Source of the DNA: Alphaproteobacteria bacterium
Lineage (GTDB): Bacteria > Pseudomonadota > Alphaproteobacteria > GCA-2731375
Direction of reading: 5' to 3'
DNA length: 64,000 nt
Assembly: GCA_965225945.1 (NCBI GenBank)
Contig: CBDDBZ010000035.1
Location: 32,001 to 96,000, forward strand
Positions 51,054-62,129 of the stretch are shown piece by piece; position 1 is the stretch's first letter, and every line of letters begins with the position of its first letter. Position numbers and translations under genes: made by a program. Below the pieces are notes generated by a model. It was not told where the DNA came from and did no database searches. It saw only the letters and a list, made by a program, of their open reading frames with translations.

Positions 51054-52187
51054 ATGATCATCTTGCCTATCCGGGATGTCCGCACCACCTTGCTGCGCAC
51101 GCCGTTCACGGGGGACGATCCGCCGCGCTGGAGCCATGACTACGACCGGCCGCGCGAACCCGTCCGCGCCTGGTGGTGGTGGAGATCGAGACCGCCTCGG
51201 GCATTACCGGCATGGGCTATCTAATGCCGCTCGGCGGCGGCATGACGACGATCCGCGCCTGCCTGGAAGAGATGATCGTGCCGCGCCTGATCGGTCGCGA
51301 TGCCACCGCCATCGAGGCGATTTGGCGGGACCTGGGCTATCTAATGCCGCTGTGGCAGGCCACCTACTGGGTCGGGCGGATGGCAGGGGGTGACGCTCTT
51401 CGCCCTCTCCGCCGTCGACATCGCGCTCTGGGACGCGCTGGGCAAGAAGGCGGGCCTGCCGCTGCACCGGCTTTGGGGCCACTTTGCCAGCGAGATCCCC
51501 TGCTACGGCAGCGGCTGCTGGCGCGGCCTCGGCTCGGAGGGGATGATCGAGAAGGCCAAGGCGTACGTCGAGGCCGGCTTCGACGCCATCAAGATGCAGG
51601 CCGGCCACATGTACGACGACCGCACGGACGTCCGCCACGTCGCCGAGATGCGCGCGGCGCTCGGCGAGGACGTCCGCATCCTGGTCGACGTCAACATGGG
51701 CTGGACGGCGGACCAGGCGATCGCCGTCGGCCGCAAGTTCGAGGATTACGACGTCTATTGGCTGGAGGAGCCGGTGCCGGCGGAGGACTTCAAGGGCTAT
51801 CTCCGGATCGCCGATGCCCTCGACCTCCGCGTCGTCGGCGCCGAGAGCCACTTCACCCGCTACGACATCCGACCCTTCCTGGAGCATCCGAAGCTGCCGA
51901 TCCTGCAGCCCGATCCGATGCGCGGCGGGCTCACCGAGATGCGCAAGATCGCGACCCTGGCGGACACCTGGGGGATGCGGATCGCGCCACATCTATTCCC
52001 CGAGCTGATGGTCCACCTCATGGCCTCGATCCCCAACGGCGAGCTGTTGGAATACGTCGACTTCCTGGACGACCTCTGGGTCGAGCCCCTGTTGCCGGAG
52101 AACGGCATGGTGGTGGCGCCGGAGCGTCCCGGCCACGGCCTCGTCTTCAAGCCGGAGGTGCTGCGCGATTGCACCGTCGAGGCATAG
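51054..52187 (+). pseudogene. Mandelate racemase-family gene with two frameshifts and an internal copied segment
   Basis: Three frames join (shifts near 51165 and 51385); AVDIALWD, VDVN, WLEEP; 19-bp copy of 51213-51231 at 51333-51351. Confidence 0.8.
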
Positions 52188-52194
52188 AGGTAAC

Positions 52195-53127
52195 TCATCC
52201 AGCCACGCGGCCGGCGACGATCGCCGCCAGTAGCAGCCAGCCGAAGAGGGCATTGGAGCGGAACTTGGCGAGGCAATCGGCGGGATCGTCAAAGCGGACC
52301 CGCGCCGCCTGCCAGCCGAGTTGCAGGGCGGCGAGCGCCAGAGGCGGCCAGAACGGCCAGGCGAGACCGGCCGCCCCGCCGGCCCCGGCGAAACCGCCGA
52401 GCGCCAGCGCGTAGAAAATCACGAGCACCGGCCGCGTCTTCGCCCCCAGGCGACGGGCGGACGAGCGCACGCCGACCAGCGCGTCGTCCTCTTTGTCCTG
52501 GTGCGCGTAGATGGTGTCGTAGCCGAGGGTCCAGGCGATGCCGGCGAGGTAGAGCAGGATCGCCGGCAATTCAAGCGTGCCACGCGTCGCCGCCCAACCC
52601 AGAAGCGCCCCCCAATTGAAGGCGACGCCGAGGAAGAACTGCGGCCACCAGGTGATCCGTTTCATGAAGGGGTAGATCACGACGGGCCCCAGGGCGGCAA
52701 TGCCGACGAGGATGGCGAAGCCGTTGAAGCTCGCAAGGATGGCGAGGCCGACGAAGCCGAGGAGAACCATGAATGCCGCCGCGCGGCCGACGCCCACCGC
52801 GCCGGAGGGGATCGGCCGGCCGGCGGTCCGCTCCACCCTGCCGTCGACGTCGCGGTCGACGATATCGTTCCAGCAGCAGCCGGCGCCCCGCATCACCACC
52901 GCGCCGAGGGCGAAGAGGGCCATCAGCCAGCCCGAGGGCCAGCCCTCCGCCGCCAGCGCCAGGCTCCACCAACAGGGCCAGAGCAGGAGCCAGGTGCCGA
53001 TCGGCCGGTCGAGCCGGGCCAGCGAAAGATAGGGCCACCAGGGGCGCGGCGCATGGCGCACCAGCCAGTGGTCCGGGCGAATGTCGGTGAACCCGGCCGG
53101 CGCCTTGGTGTCTCCTCCGCTGGCCAT
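52195..53127 (-). CDS. ubiA: 4-hydroxybenzoate polyprenyltransferase
   Basis: RLDRPIGTWLL, NDIVDRDVD, YDTIYAHQDKEDD. Confidence 0.95.
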   Translation of the reverse strand: MASGGDTKAPAGFTDIRPDHWLVRHAPRPWWPYLSLARLDRPIGTWLLLWPCWWSLALAAEGWPSGWLMALFALGAVVMRGAGCCWNDIVDRDVDGRVERTAGRPIPSGAVGVGRAAAFMVLLGFVGLAILASFNGFAILVGIAALGPVVIYPFMKRITWWPQFFLGVAFNWGALLGWAATRGTLELPAILLYLAGIAWTLGYDTIYAHQDKEDDALVGVRSSARRLGAKTRPVLVIFYALALGGFAGAGGAAGLAWPFWPPLALAALQLGWQAARVRFDDPADCLAKFRSNALFGWLLLAAIVAGRVAG

Positions 53128-53188
53128 GACCTATGCTCTTAGCGATTACCGAGGCTCGGCTCAACCGACGCGGCGGGGCGAGGGGGCA

Positions 53189-53917
53189 ATGACGGCGCGC
53201 GAGGAACCTAGGATCCGACTCCACGTCGAGGAGGTGTTCGTCGCCGGTGGCGTCGTCGAGGTCTCCGGCGGACAGGCGCACTATCTCCGCAACGTCATGC
53301 GCCGCGCGCTGGGCGACGCGGTCCTGCTGTTCAACGCCCGGGACGGCGAATGGCGGGCGGTGATCGAGACCTCGTCCAAGGCGCGGGTTCGGCTGACGCT
53401 AGGCCATCGGACGCGCCCGCCGAGGGCTGAGCCACCGCTCGGCCTCGCCTTCGCCCCGGTGAAGCGGGCGGCGGTCGAACTGATGGTCGAGAAGGCCTGC
53501 GAACTCGGGGCCACGGCCCTCCGGCCCATCGTCACCCGCCGCACGGAGGCCCGCCGGGTCAACCTGGCGCGGCTGCGCGCGATCGCCGTGGAGGCGGCGG
53601 AACAATCGGGCCGCCTCGACGTGCCGAGGCTCCACGAGCCGGTGTCGCTTTCGGCGCTGCTCGCCGGCTGGCCGGCCGGTGAACGCCTGGTCCATCTCGA
53701 CACCGACGCCGCCGCGCCGCCGCTCCTCTCGCTCGGCCCGGCACCCTCGGCGACTTTGTTGATCGGTCCCGAGGGCGGCTTCGACGATGGCGAGCGAGAA
53801 CTGTTGGCCGCATGTCCGAGCGTCGAGCGCGCCAGCCTCGGCCCGACCACGCTCAGGGCCGAAACGGCGGCGATCGCCGCGCTGGCGATTTGGCGGGCGG
53901 GGTTCGACCAAGCTTGA
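53189..53917 (+). CDS. rsmE: 16S rRNA m3U1498 methyltransferase
   Basis: HYLRNVMR, EKACELG, EAAEQ, IGPEGGF, LRAETAA. Confidence 0.95.
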   Translation: MTAREEPRIRLHVEEVFVAGGVVEVSGGQAHYLRNVMRRALGDAVLLFNARDGEWRAVIETSSKARVRLTLGHRTRPPRAEPPLGLAFAPVKRAAVELMVEKACELGATALRPIVTRRTEARRVNLARLRAIAVEAAEQSGRLDVPRLHEPVSLSALLAGWPAGERLVHLDTDAAAPPLLSLGPAPSATLLIGPEGGFDDGERELLAACPSVERASLGPTTLRAETAAIAALAIWRAGFDQA

Positions 53918-53923
53918 AATGCT

Positions 53924-55078
53924 TTAGCCGGCTCGCCACTCCGCGCGGACGTCCCCGTCGCTCTCGCCCGCCGCGTGGCGTCGACGAAGGGTTTCGAAGC
54001 GGGCCCCGTCCAGCAGGCAGCGAAGCGCCCAGACCGCCATGGCGCGGACCAGGGCCGAGGGGTCGGCGAGCCGCGTCTCGGCGACCTCGGCCAGCGCCGG
54101 CTGGCCGCTGTTGGCGATCGCGATCAGGACGTTGCGGACGAAACGGTCGCGGCCCAGCCGCTTCACCGGGGATTTCGAAAAGAGCGCACGGAAGGCCGCG
54201 TCGTCGAGTTGGGCGAGCGCGGCCAGCCTGGGCGCGGTCAACTCGGTCCGGGGCCGGAGCCTCTGCTCGGCCGCAAGCTGAGCGAACTTGTTCCAGGGGC
54301 AGACGGCGAGGCAATCGTCGCAGCCGAAGATCCGGTTGCCGATCGGCCGGCGGAATTCCTCGGCGATCGTGCCGGCGTGCTCGATCGTGAGGTAGGAGAT
54401 GCAGCGCCGCGCGTCGAGCTGGTAGGGCGCGGGAAAGGCGCCGGTCGGACAGACGTCGAGACAGCGCCGGCAGCCGCCGCAATGGTCCGCCTCTGGCCGG
54501 TCGGGCGGCAGTTCCAAGGTGGTGAAGAGGGCGCCGAGAAAGAGCCAAGAGCCGAACTCGCGGCTCACCAGGTTGGTGTGCTTGCCGCGCCAGCCGATTC
54601 CCGCCGCCTCGGCGAGCGGCTTCTCCAGCACCGGCGCGGTGTCGCAAAAGACCTTCACACTCCCGCCGTGCGCCGCCACCAGCTCCCGGGCGAGCGCCTT
54701 CAAACGTTGCTTGACGACGTCGTGGTAGTCGCGGCCTTGGGCGTAGAGCGAGATCGCGCCCGCCTCCGGCCACTCGAGGATCTCCAAGGGATCGTCCTCG
54801 GGCCCGTAGTTCTGGCCCACCATGAGAATAGAGCGCGCCTCCGGCCAAAGCCTGGCGGGATCGGCCCGCCACTCAGGCCGGCGTGCCAGCCAGTCCATGT
54901 CGCCGTGGTGCCCGGCGTCGAGAAAGTCGCGAAACCGCGCTCCCGCCTCGCCCAGCGCCCCCGGCGCCGTGATCCCGACCGCCTCGAATCCAAGCCCGCG
55001 CGCCCGGGCCCGCAGCCACTCGCCAACCCTCCGTGCCGAAGCCGCATCGTCGTGCTCGGCGCTGGCGGTATCGATCAT
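53924..55078 (-). CDS. queG: Epoxyqueuosine reductase
   Basis: [45 protein letters not shown]. Confidence 0.95.
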   Translation of the reverse strand: MIDTASAEHDDAASARRVGEWLRARARGLGFEAVGITAPGALGEAGARFRDFLDAGHHGDMDWLARRPEWRADPARLWPEARSILMVGQNYGPEDDPLEILEWPEAGAISLYAQGRDYHDVVKQRLKALARELVAAHGGSVKVFCDTAPVLEKPLAEAAGIGWRGKHTNLVSREFGSWLFLGALFTTLELPPDRPEADHCGGCRRCLDVCPTGAFPAPYQLDARRCISYLTIEHAGTIAEEFRRPIGNRIFGCDDCLAVCPWNKFAQLAAEQRLRPRTELTAPRLAALAQLDDAAFRALFSKSPVKRLGRDRFVRNVLIAIANSGQPALAEVAETRLADPSALVRAMAVWALRCLLDGARFETLRRRHAAGESDGDVRAEWRAG

Positions 55079-55082
55079 GGGT

Positions 55083-55892
55083 TCAAATACTGCTTTCCTT
55101 GGGGAAGTCGGGCTGGCGTTTCTCCAAGAAGCTGGCCAGACCCTCGCGCGGCTCCGGCCCGGTGAAGCCCAGCATTTCGAGCGCCAGCGAGGCGTCGAAG
55201 GCCGGCCCGGCCATGCGGTACCAGTTGTTGAGGGAATATTTGGTCCAGCGGATGGCACTCTGGGCGCCGTTCACCAGCTTGCCGCAGACTTCCAGCGACT
55301 TCGCCTCCAACTCGTCGTCCTCGACGCAGAGCGAGACCAGGCCGAGCCGCTCCGCCTCCTCGCCGCTCATCGGCTCGCACAGCATCAGGTAATATTTCGC
55401 CTTGGCCATGCCGCACAAGAGCGGCCAATTGATCACCGCGTGATCGCCCGCCGCGACGCCGAGGCGGGTGTGGCCGTCGACGATCTTGGCCGACTTGGCG
55501 GCGATCGAGATGTCGGCCAGGAGGGCGGCCACCAGGCCGGCGCCGACGGCGACGCCGTTGATCGCCGAGACCGTGGGCTTGCCGCAGTTGATGATGTTGT
55601 AAACCAGGTCGCGCGCCTCCTTCCAGGCGCGGATCAGGGCCTCGTGGCTGTCCATGTTCTCCTGGATCATGCCAAAATCGCCGCCTGAGGAGAAGGCCCG
55701 GCCCTTGGCGCGGAGGAGGGCGACGGAAATATCCTCGTCCTCGTCGATGTCGCGCCAGATGTAGGCCATCTCGCGATGCCCGTCCTTGTCGAGCGAGTTG
55801 TAGGTCTCCGGCTTGTTCAAGGTGATGCGCAGCACGCGATCCATCGGATAGTCGATCTCGAAGCTCTGGTATTTGGCGTAGCGGTCGCTCAT
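55083..55892 (-). CDS. Enoyl-CoA hydratase/isomerase family protein
   Basis: [23 protein letters not shown]. Confidence 0.9.
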   Translation of the reverse strand: MSDRYAKYQSFEIDYPMDRVLRITLNKPETYNSLDKDGHREMAYIWRDIDEDEDISVALLRAKGRAFSSGGDFGMIQENMDSHEALIRAWKEARDLVYNIINCGKPTVSAINGVAVGAGLVAALLADISIAAKSAKIVDGHTRLGVAAGDHAVINWPLLCGMAKAKYYLMLCEPMSGEEAERLGLVSLCVEDDELEAKSLEVCGKLVNGAQSAIRWTKYSLNNWYRMAGPAFDASLALEMLGFTGPEPREGLASFLEKRQPDFPKESSI

Positions 55893-56000
55893 CGGTGGCC
55901 TCCCTCGCTCGGCGGTTCAACGCGTTTCGCGCGAGTTGTCGGCCAGCGCGGGAATGGAGTCAAATGGCCCGAGGGGTGGTGTAGCGCCGCAGCCCAAGCG

Positions 56001-56480
56001 TCAATCGAGGTAGCGGTCGAAGCGGACGCTGTCGTTCAGAATGTAACCCCTACCCTGGGCGTCGGTGCACCAGGTTCCGCGCATCAGGATGCTACGGCCG
56101 TCGGCGGTGGGGCGGGACCCGGTCGTCGGCCGGCAATTGGAGAGGCCGGCGGGCGGCGTCGGCACCCGGCTCGCGCGGGCGGGTGCCGGCCGGTCGTCGT
56201 CGCGCGGGTAGGGCCGGGTCAGCAAATAGGCGATCGCCAAGCTGCCCAGGATCACCCCGGCCACGGCATAGCCATGGCCGTGGTGACCATGACCGTGGCG
56301 GCGTCGATGGGGGCGGCGAAAGCGATTATGTCCACCGCGATGATTGTATTGGCCGTAGTGCCCCTTGACGAAGATGGCGCCGTGGCTGGTGTGGCCCCGA
56401 TGGCCCGCCGAGGCCGGCGTGGCGGCGGCGAGTGCCAAGCCCAACAACAGGGCGGCGACGGTCGGCAGGGCGAGGCGCAT
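56001..56480 (-). CDS. His/Gly-rich secreted hypothetical protein
   Basis: Signal peptide ending ASA, His-rich tract, hydrophobic segment, two Cys. Confidence 0.6.
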   Translation of the reverse strand: MRLALPTVAALLLGLALAAATPASAGHRGHTSHGAIFVKGHYGQYNHRGGHNRFRRPHRRRHGHGHHGHGYAVAGVILGSLAIAYLLTRPYPRDDDRPAPARASRVPTPPAGLSNCRPTTGSRPTADGRSILMRGTWCTDAQGRGYILNDSVRFDRYLD

Positions 56481-56507
56481 GACGAAGTCTCCTTCGCCCA
56501 CACTCTA

Positions 56508-57644
56508 GTGTTCCGATCCTAACAAAAGTTTCCCAAAGGGCTTGCGTTCTGCGATTCTGGGGGAATGACGAAGACATTGGCATGCATCTGGCTGTCTCCC
56601 GCGGAGCGGGCGACGCTGGAAGGGTTGGTTTCTGGGCGGAACACGCCGCAGAAGCTGGTTTGGCGGGCACGGATCGTGTTGCTGTCGGCTGACGGGATCG
56701 GCACGATGACGATCGTCCGGTTGGTCGGCAAAAGTAAGGTGACGGTGTGGCGCTGGCAGGAGCGCTACCTTGCCAAAGGCATCGCCGGACTGCGCCGCGA
56801 TGCGACGCGACCGGGACGCAAGCCGCCGCTGAGCGCCGAGGTGATCGAGCGGGTTGTGCATAAGACCTTGCACGAGACGCCGGAGGCGGCGACGCATTGG
56901 AGCATCCGCAAGATGGCCCGTGCCGTCGGCCTCAGCTACACCAGCGTGCAGCGGATCTGGAAGGCGCACGGCCTCAAGCCGCACCTGGTGAAGACCTTCA
57001 AGCTGTCGAATGACGAGCACTTCGTCGAGAAGGTGCGCGATATCGTCGGTCTCTATCTCGATCCGCCGGACAAGGCGCTGGTTCTCTCGGTCGACGAGAA
57101 GAGCCAGATCCAGGCGCTCGACCGCACACAGCCCGGCTTGCCGATCAAGAAGGGCCGAGCCGGCACCATGACGCATGACTACAAGCGCCACGGCACGACG
57201 ACATTGTTCGCCGCGCTCGACGTCGCCACCGGCAAGGTCATCGGCCACTGCATGAAGCGGCACCGCCATCAGGAATGGCTGAAATTCCTGCGCCGTATCG
57301 ACGCCGAGACGCCCAAGAAGCTCGACCTGCATCTGATCGCCGACAACTACGCCACCCACAAGCATCCCAAGGTCAAGGCGTGGTTGGCAAAACATCCTCG
57401 CTTCCATATGCACTTCACTCCGACATCCGCCTCCTGGCTCAGCCAGGTCGAACGCTTCTTCGGCCTGATCACCAGCGATCAAATCCGTTGCGGCGTGTTC
57501 AAGAGCGTCGCCGAACTCGAAACAGCCATTCAGAAATACCTCGAGCACCACAATGCCGATCCAAAACCCTTCGTATGGACCGCTTCCGCCACCGCCATAC
57601 TCGAAAAAGTCGCTCGTGGGCGACAGGCGTTAGAGTCGGTACAC
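56508..57644 (+). mobile_element. IS630-family element, copy 1 (transposase 56565-57647)
   Basis: 1137 bp between TA dinucleotides in CTAG context; VDEKSQIQA, DNYATHK, SWLSQVERFF. Confidence 0.95.
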
Positions 57645-57820
57645 TAGCGCAAAACACCCCCCGGTGCCAAAGCCGCGACAGCCAATGATGGCAATTGCCC
57701 ATTGACGGTGGCGCCGGTGCCGATTACCTTAAAGCTAATGCTGCTCGCCGTCCTCTTTCCTACTCCCTCGGGAGAGGAAGGAGCACTGGCGAGCTTTATA
57801 TTTTGGCGATAGGTGGCGAC

Positions 57821-58453
57821 ATGGCATCCGAGCGTGTCGCGTTGTTTAGGGGCGGTTTCGCGCGGTAGACCAGTGACCACCAAAATGTCTACAAGGGTGC
57901 CCGCGAGACGTTTCTCGGCAGGAGGCCACCGCACTTCACGTTTGGGCAGTTTGATCCGCTCTCCATGGGGGAGTTCATCTGCGGCCGTCCGCCACCCGGG
58001 GTCACTCGCCACCTAGACCGGGTGCGTGTGTACACAGGGCAACCTGACAGCACAAAGCAGCCGAAAGGCTACGGCGCCAGTCGCAAGCAGTACCAGTTTT
58101 GGCGAAGGCGCGGCGTGGAGGTGGTTTCTCGACCGCTACGATACCCGCGTGACTTCCCCGCCGAACGGCCACATGAGAAGGGCGTCGATGTAGCCCTAGC
58201 CATCGATTTCATCCGTCTCGCGATAGAAGGCGCCTACGATGTAGGTTTCATTGCCTCGACGGATACCGATCTTATTCCGGCCATCGATTTCGTGATCGAG
58301 CGCTACCAAGGCGCCCCGAAAGTGGAGGTGACCGCTTGGACCGGGGCAGGAAGGCGACCACGCCTCAGTTCGGCCATTCGGCCGATCTGGTGTCACTGGC
58401 TCAATCGGGACGACTACGACGCAATCCATGATTTCACGGATTACACGCTGTAG
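57821..58453 (+). pseudogene. NYN-domain (PIN-like) nuclease with in-frame insert and TAG near the N-terminus
   Basis: MASERVALF-RGGFAR*TS-DHQNVY..., EKGVDVALAID, STDTDLIP. Confidence 0.8.
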
Positions 58454-58641
58454 GTTCGATTGCTCTCAGTGGCGCGGCGCGATCGCGATGGCATCACGTG
58501 ATACCAGACCCGGGTGGGTTCGGTCGTGGCTAGATTGCCATGGGCGACGTGGCCCGAGTGTCGTCAGCGGACCCTGTCCAATGGAGTCGGCAACCGACCG
58601 GCCGTCGCTCCGCCCCACTCGAGACACCTCGCTTGGACCTA

Positions 58642-59778
58642 GTGTACCGACTCTAACGCCTGTCGCCCACGAGCGACTTTTTCGAGTATGGCGGTGGCGG
58701 AAGCGGTCCATACGAAGGGTTTTGGATCGGCATTGTGGTGCTCGAGGTATTCCTGAATGGCTGTTTCGAGTTCGGCGACGCTCTTGAACACGCCGCAACG
58801 GATTTGATCGCTGGTGATCAGGCCGAAGAAGCGTTCGACCTGGCTGAGCCAGGAGGCGGATGTCGGAGTGAAGTGCATATGGAAGCGAGGATGTTTTGCC
58901 AACCACGCCTTGACCTTGGGATGCTTGTGGGTGGCGTAGTTGTCGGCGATCAGATGCAGGTCGAGCTTCTTGGGCGTCTCGGCGTCGATACGGCGCAGGA
59001 ATTTCAGCCATTCCTGATGGCGGTGCCGCTTCATGCAGTGGCCGATGACCTTGCCGGTGGCGACGTCGAGCGCGGCGAACAATGTCGTCGTGCCGTGGCG
59101 CTTGTAGTCATGCGTCATGGTGCCGGCTCGGCCCTTCTTGATCGGCAAGCCGGGCTGTGTGCGGTCGAGCGCCTGGATCTGGCTCTTCTCGTCGACCGAG
59201 AGAACCAGCGCCTTGTCCGGCGGATCGAGATAGAGACCGACGATATCGCGCACCTTCTCGACGAAGTGCTCGTCATTCGACAGCTTGAAGGTCTTCACCA
59301 GGTGCGGCTTGAGGCCGTGCGCCTTCCAGATCCGCTGCACGCTGGTGTAGCTGAGGCCGACGGCACGGGCCATCTTGCGGATGCTCCAATGCGTCGCCGC
59401 CTCCGGCGTCTCGTGCAAGGTCTTATGCACAACCCGCTCGATCACCTCGGCGCTCAGCGGCGGCTTGCGTCCCGGTCGCGTCGCATCGCGGCGCAGTCCG
59501 GCGATGCCTTTGGCAAGGTAGCGCTCCTGCCAGCGCCACACCGTCACCTTACTTTTGCCGACCAACCGGACGATCGTCATCGTGCCAATCCCGTCAGCCG
59601 ACAGCAACACTATCCGTGCCCGCCAAACCAGCTTCTGCGGCGTGTTCCGCCCAGAAACCAACCCTTCCAGCGTCGCCCGCTCCGCGGGAGACAGCCAGAT
59701 GCATGCCAATGTCTTCGTCATTCCCCCAGAATCGCAGAACGCAAGCCCTTTGGGAAACTTTTGTTAGGATCGAAACAC
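58642..59778 (-). mobile_element. IS630-family element, copy 2, inverted (transposase 58639-59721)
   Basis: 1137 bp, near-identical to copy 1 (one K/E difference in the protein). Confidence 0.95.
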
Positions 59779-59922
59779 TAGGACAGCGTCGACAGCCAAG
59801 CAATTGTTTCGTGAGGCGCGGCGCGCCGTGGCAAGCCAGGGTGGCGCGCCCCGCGTGTCGACGTCGCTTGGATGGCCGCGATTCACTCCGCTCGCTCGCG
59901 ACAACGGTGCCCTCGGCCTCCC

Positions 59923-60810
59923 TCAAGCCGCGTTGCGCTTGCGGCGGACGACGGAATCATAGTCCTCCATCATCGCCTTGCAGACCTCGCCGACGGTGAA
60001 GGCTCGACCGTCGATCTCGCCCACCGGCGTCACTTCGGCGGCGGTGCCGGTGACGAAGACCTCCTCCGCGTCGGCCAACTCCTCCGGCATGATCACCCGC
60101 TCGATCACCTTGATGCCGCGCGCCTCGGCCAGGGCGATCACGGTGCGCCGGGTGATCCCGTCGAGGAAGCAGTCGGGCGTCGGCGTGTGCAGGGTGTCGC
60201 CGATCTTGAGGAAGATGTTGGCCCCGGTGGTCTCGGCGATCCGGCCACGCCAGTCCAGCATCAGCGCGTCGTCGTAGCCCTCCGCCTCCGCCGCGTGCTT
60301 GGAAAGGGTGCAGATCATGTAGAGCCCCACCGCCTTCGAGTTCACCGGCGCGGTCTCCGGCGAGGGGCGCCGCCAGCTCGAGGTCTTGAGGCGGATGCCC
60401 GCGAGGCGCGCCTCCATCGAGAAATAGGAGGGCCATTCCCAGACCGCGATCGAAAGATTGATCCGGTTGGTCTGGGCGGAGACGCCCATCATCTCCGAGC
60501 CGCGCCAGGCGATCGGCCGGACGTAGCCGTCGACGATACCGTTGACCCGCACCACCTCGCGGCAGGCGGCGTCGATCTCGGCGACCGAATAGGGGATCTC
60601 GAAATCCATGATCCCGGCCGACCGGCACAACCGCTCGGTATGCTGGTTCAGCTCGAAGATCTCGCCGTCGTAGACCCGCTCGCCCTCGAAGACGGCGCTG
60701 GCATAGTGCAGGCCGTGCGTCAGGACGTGCACCTTGGCCTCCTTCCACGGCTGCATCTCGCCGTTCATCCAGATGAGGCCGTCCAGATCGTCGTAGGACA
60801 TCGTTGCCAT
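59923..60810 (-). CDS. ilvE: Branched-chain amino acid aminotransferase
   Basis: HGLHYASAVFEG, YVRP, ETTGANIF, LDGITR, TGTAAEVTP. Confidence 0.95.
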   Translation of the reverse strand: MATMSYDDLDGLIWMNGEMQPWKEAKVHVLTHGLHYASAVFEGERVYDGEIFELNQHTERLCRSAGIMDFEIPYSVAEIDAACREVVRVNGIVDGYVRPIAWRGSEMMGVSAQTNRINLSIAVWEWPSYFSMEARLAGIRLKTSSWRRPSPETAPVNSKAVGLYMICTLSKHAAEAEGYDDALMLDWRGRIAETTGANIFLKIGDTLHTPTPDCFLDGITRRTVIALAEARGIKVIERVIMPEELADAEEVFVTGTAAEVTPVGEIDGRAFTVGEVCKAMMEDYDSVVRRKRNAA

Positions 60811-60876
60811 GATCGTGCGCCTTTTGTTCGAAAGTGTCGCGAAACGAGAGCAGATGGTAACAATCGACCCAATTAT

Positions 60877-60891
60877 GTCAATAGTACTGAC
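60877..60891. promoter_or_regulatory. Possible regulator-binding palindrome in the ilvE/MarR divergent region
   Basis: GTCA-N7-TGAC in an AT-rich intergenic stretch. Confidence 0.35.
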
Positions 60892-60956
60892 CCAAAAATC
60901 TTATGGCCACGCAACAAACGGCAGCAACGCTGACGCATATGCGCTAGGATGACCCC

Positions 60957-61448
60957 ATGCTGGAGACCCCCGGATCGAACCCGCTGTTCTTACGCGAGGA
61001 GGAGTTGCGCAAGGGCATCGAGCTGTTGTTCTTCGCCTACCGCGACTTCACCAGCGATCCCGACGACATCCTCGAGGAATTTCGCTTCGGCCGCGCGCAC
61101 CATCGGGTGATCCACTTCATCGCCCGCAATCCCGCGATCTCGGTCTCGGAGCTGCTGGGCATCCTCCGGATCACCAAGCAGAGCCTGAGCCGAGTCCTGA
61201 GCCAGCTCGTGGCGCAAGGCTTCGTTCGCCAGGAACAGGGCGTGGCGGACCGCCGCCGACGCCTCCTCCACCTGACGGAGAAGGGCATCGAGCTGGAGCG
61301 CCGCCTCTCCCGTCCCCAGCGCGCCCGGGTGGCGCGGGCCTACCGGGAGGCGGGGGCAGACGCCGTCGCCGGCTATTGCAAGGTGCTGATGGGGCTGATC
61401 GACGAGGTCGAACGGGCCAGGGTCGTGAGAGCGCTGGAGCAGCCTTAA
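60957..61448 (+). CDS. MarR-family regulator (PetP-like)
   Basis: LFFAYRDFT, GRAHHR, ITKQSL.RVL, DRRRR.L.LT.KG. Confidence 0.9.
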   Translation: MLETPGSNPLFLREEELRKGIELLFFAYRDFTSDPDDILEEFRFGRAHHRVIHFIARNPAISVSELLGILRITKQSLSRVLSQLVAQGFVRQEQGVADRRRRLLHLTEKGIELERRLSRPQRARVARAYREAGADAVAGYCKVLMGLIDEVERARVVRALEQP

Positions 61449-61451
61449 AGC

Positions 61452-62129
61452 ATGATCGAGCGTGGCGCCCATATCCTGGTCGTCGACGACGACATTCGAC
61501 TGCGCGAGCTCTTGCAGCGCTATCTGCTCGAGAACGGCTATCGCGTCAGCACCGCGCGGGACGCGGCCGACGCCCGCGAGCAGCTCGACGGCATCCGCTT
61601 CGACCTCGTCGTGCTCGACGTGATGATGCCGGGCGAGGATGGCATGTCGCTGGCCCGCGCGATCTGGGGCGCCGGAGGGACGCCGATCCTGATGCTGACG
61701 GCGATGGGCGAGGCCGAGAATCGCATCGCCGGCCTGGAATCGGGCGTCGACGACTATCTGACCAAGCCGTTCGAGCCGCGCGAACTGGTGCTTCGGATCG
61801 AGGCCATCCTCAGGCGGGCAGGCGATGGCGCCCCGGCGGAGCGGGTCCGCCTCGGCACTTGCGTCTTCGATATCGCCCGGGGCGAGTTGAAGCGAGCGGG
61901 CGAGCCGGTGCGTCTGACCTCCTCGGAGGTGGCACTCTTGAAGGTTTTCGCCCGCAATCCCGGCGGCACCATCACCCGGGAGGAACTGCTGCGACGCGCC
62001 GGCGAGGGCAATCCGCGTAACGTCGACGTGCAGATCACCCGACTTCGACGTAAGATCGAGGACGACCCGCGCGCGCCGCGCTATTTGCAGACCGTCTGGG
62101 GGCAGGGATACGTCCTATGGCCGGATTGA
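61452..62129 (+). CDS. OmpR-family response regulator (PetR-like)
   Basis: VVDDD, LDVMMPGEDG, KPF, DVQITRLRRKIE. Confidence 0.93.
   Translation: MIERGAHILVVDDDIRLRELLQRYLLENGYRVSTARDAADAREQLDGIRFDLVVLDVMMPGEDGMSLARAIWGAGGTPILMLTAMGEAENRIAGLESGVDDYLTKPFEPRELVLRIEAILRRAGDGAPAERVRLGTCVFDIARGELKRAGEPVRLTSSEVALLKVFARNPGGTITREELLRRAGEGNPRNVDVQITRLRRKIEDDPRAPRYLQTVWGQGYVLWPD

Noticed and set aside
57866-57868. Pyrrolysine or programmed read-through at the NYN in-frame TAG
   Set aside because: The stop lies inside an apparent insert that breaks the conserved motif, not at a conserved residue; no pyl genes are seen.
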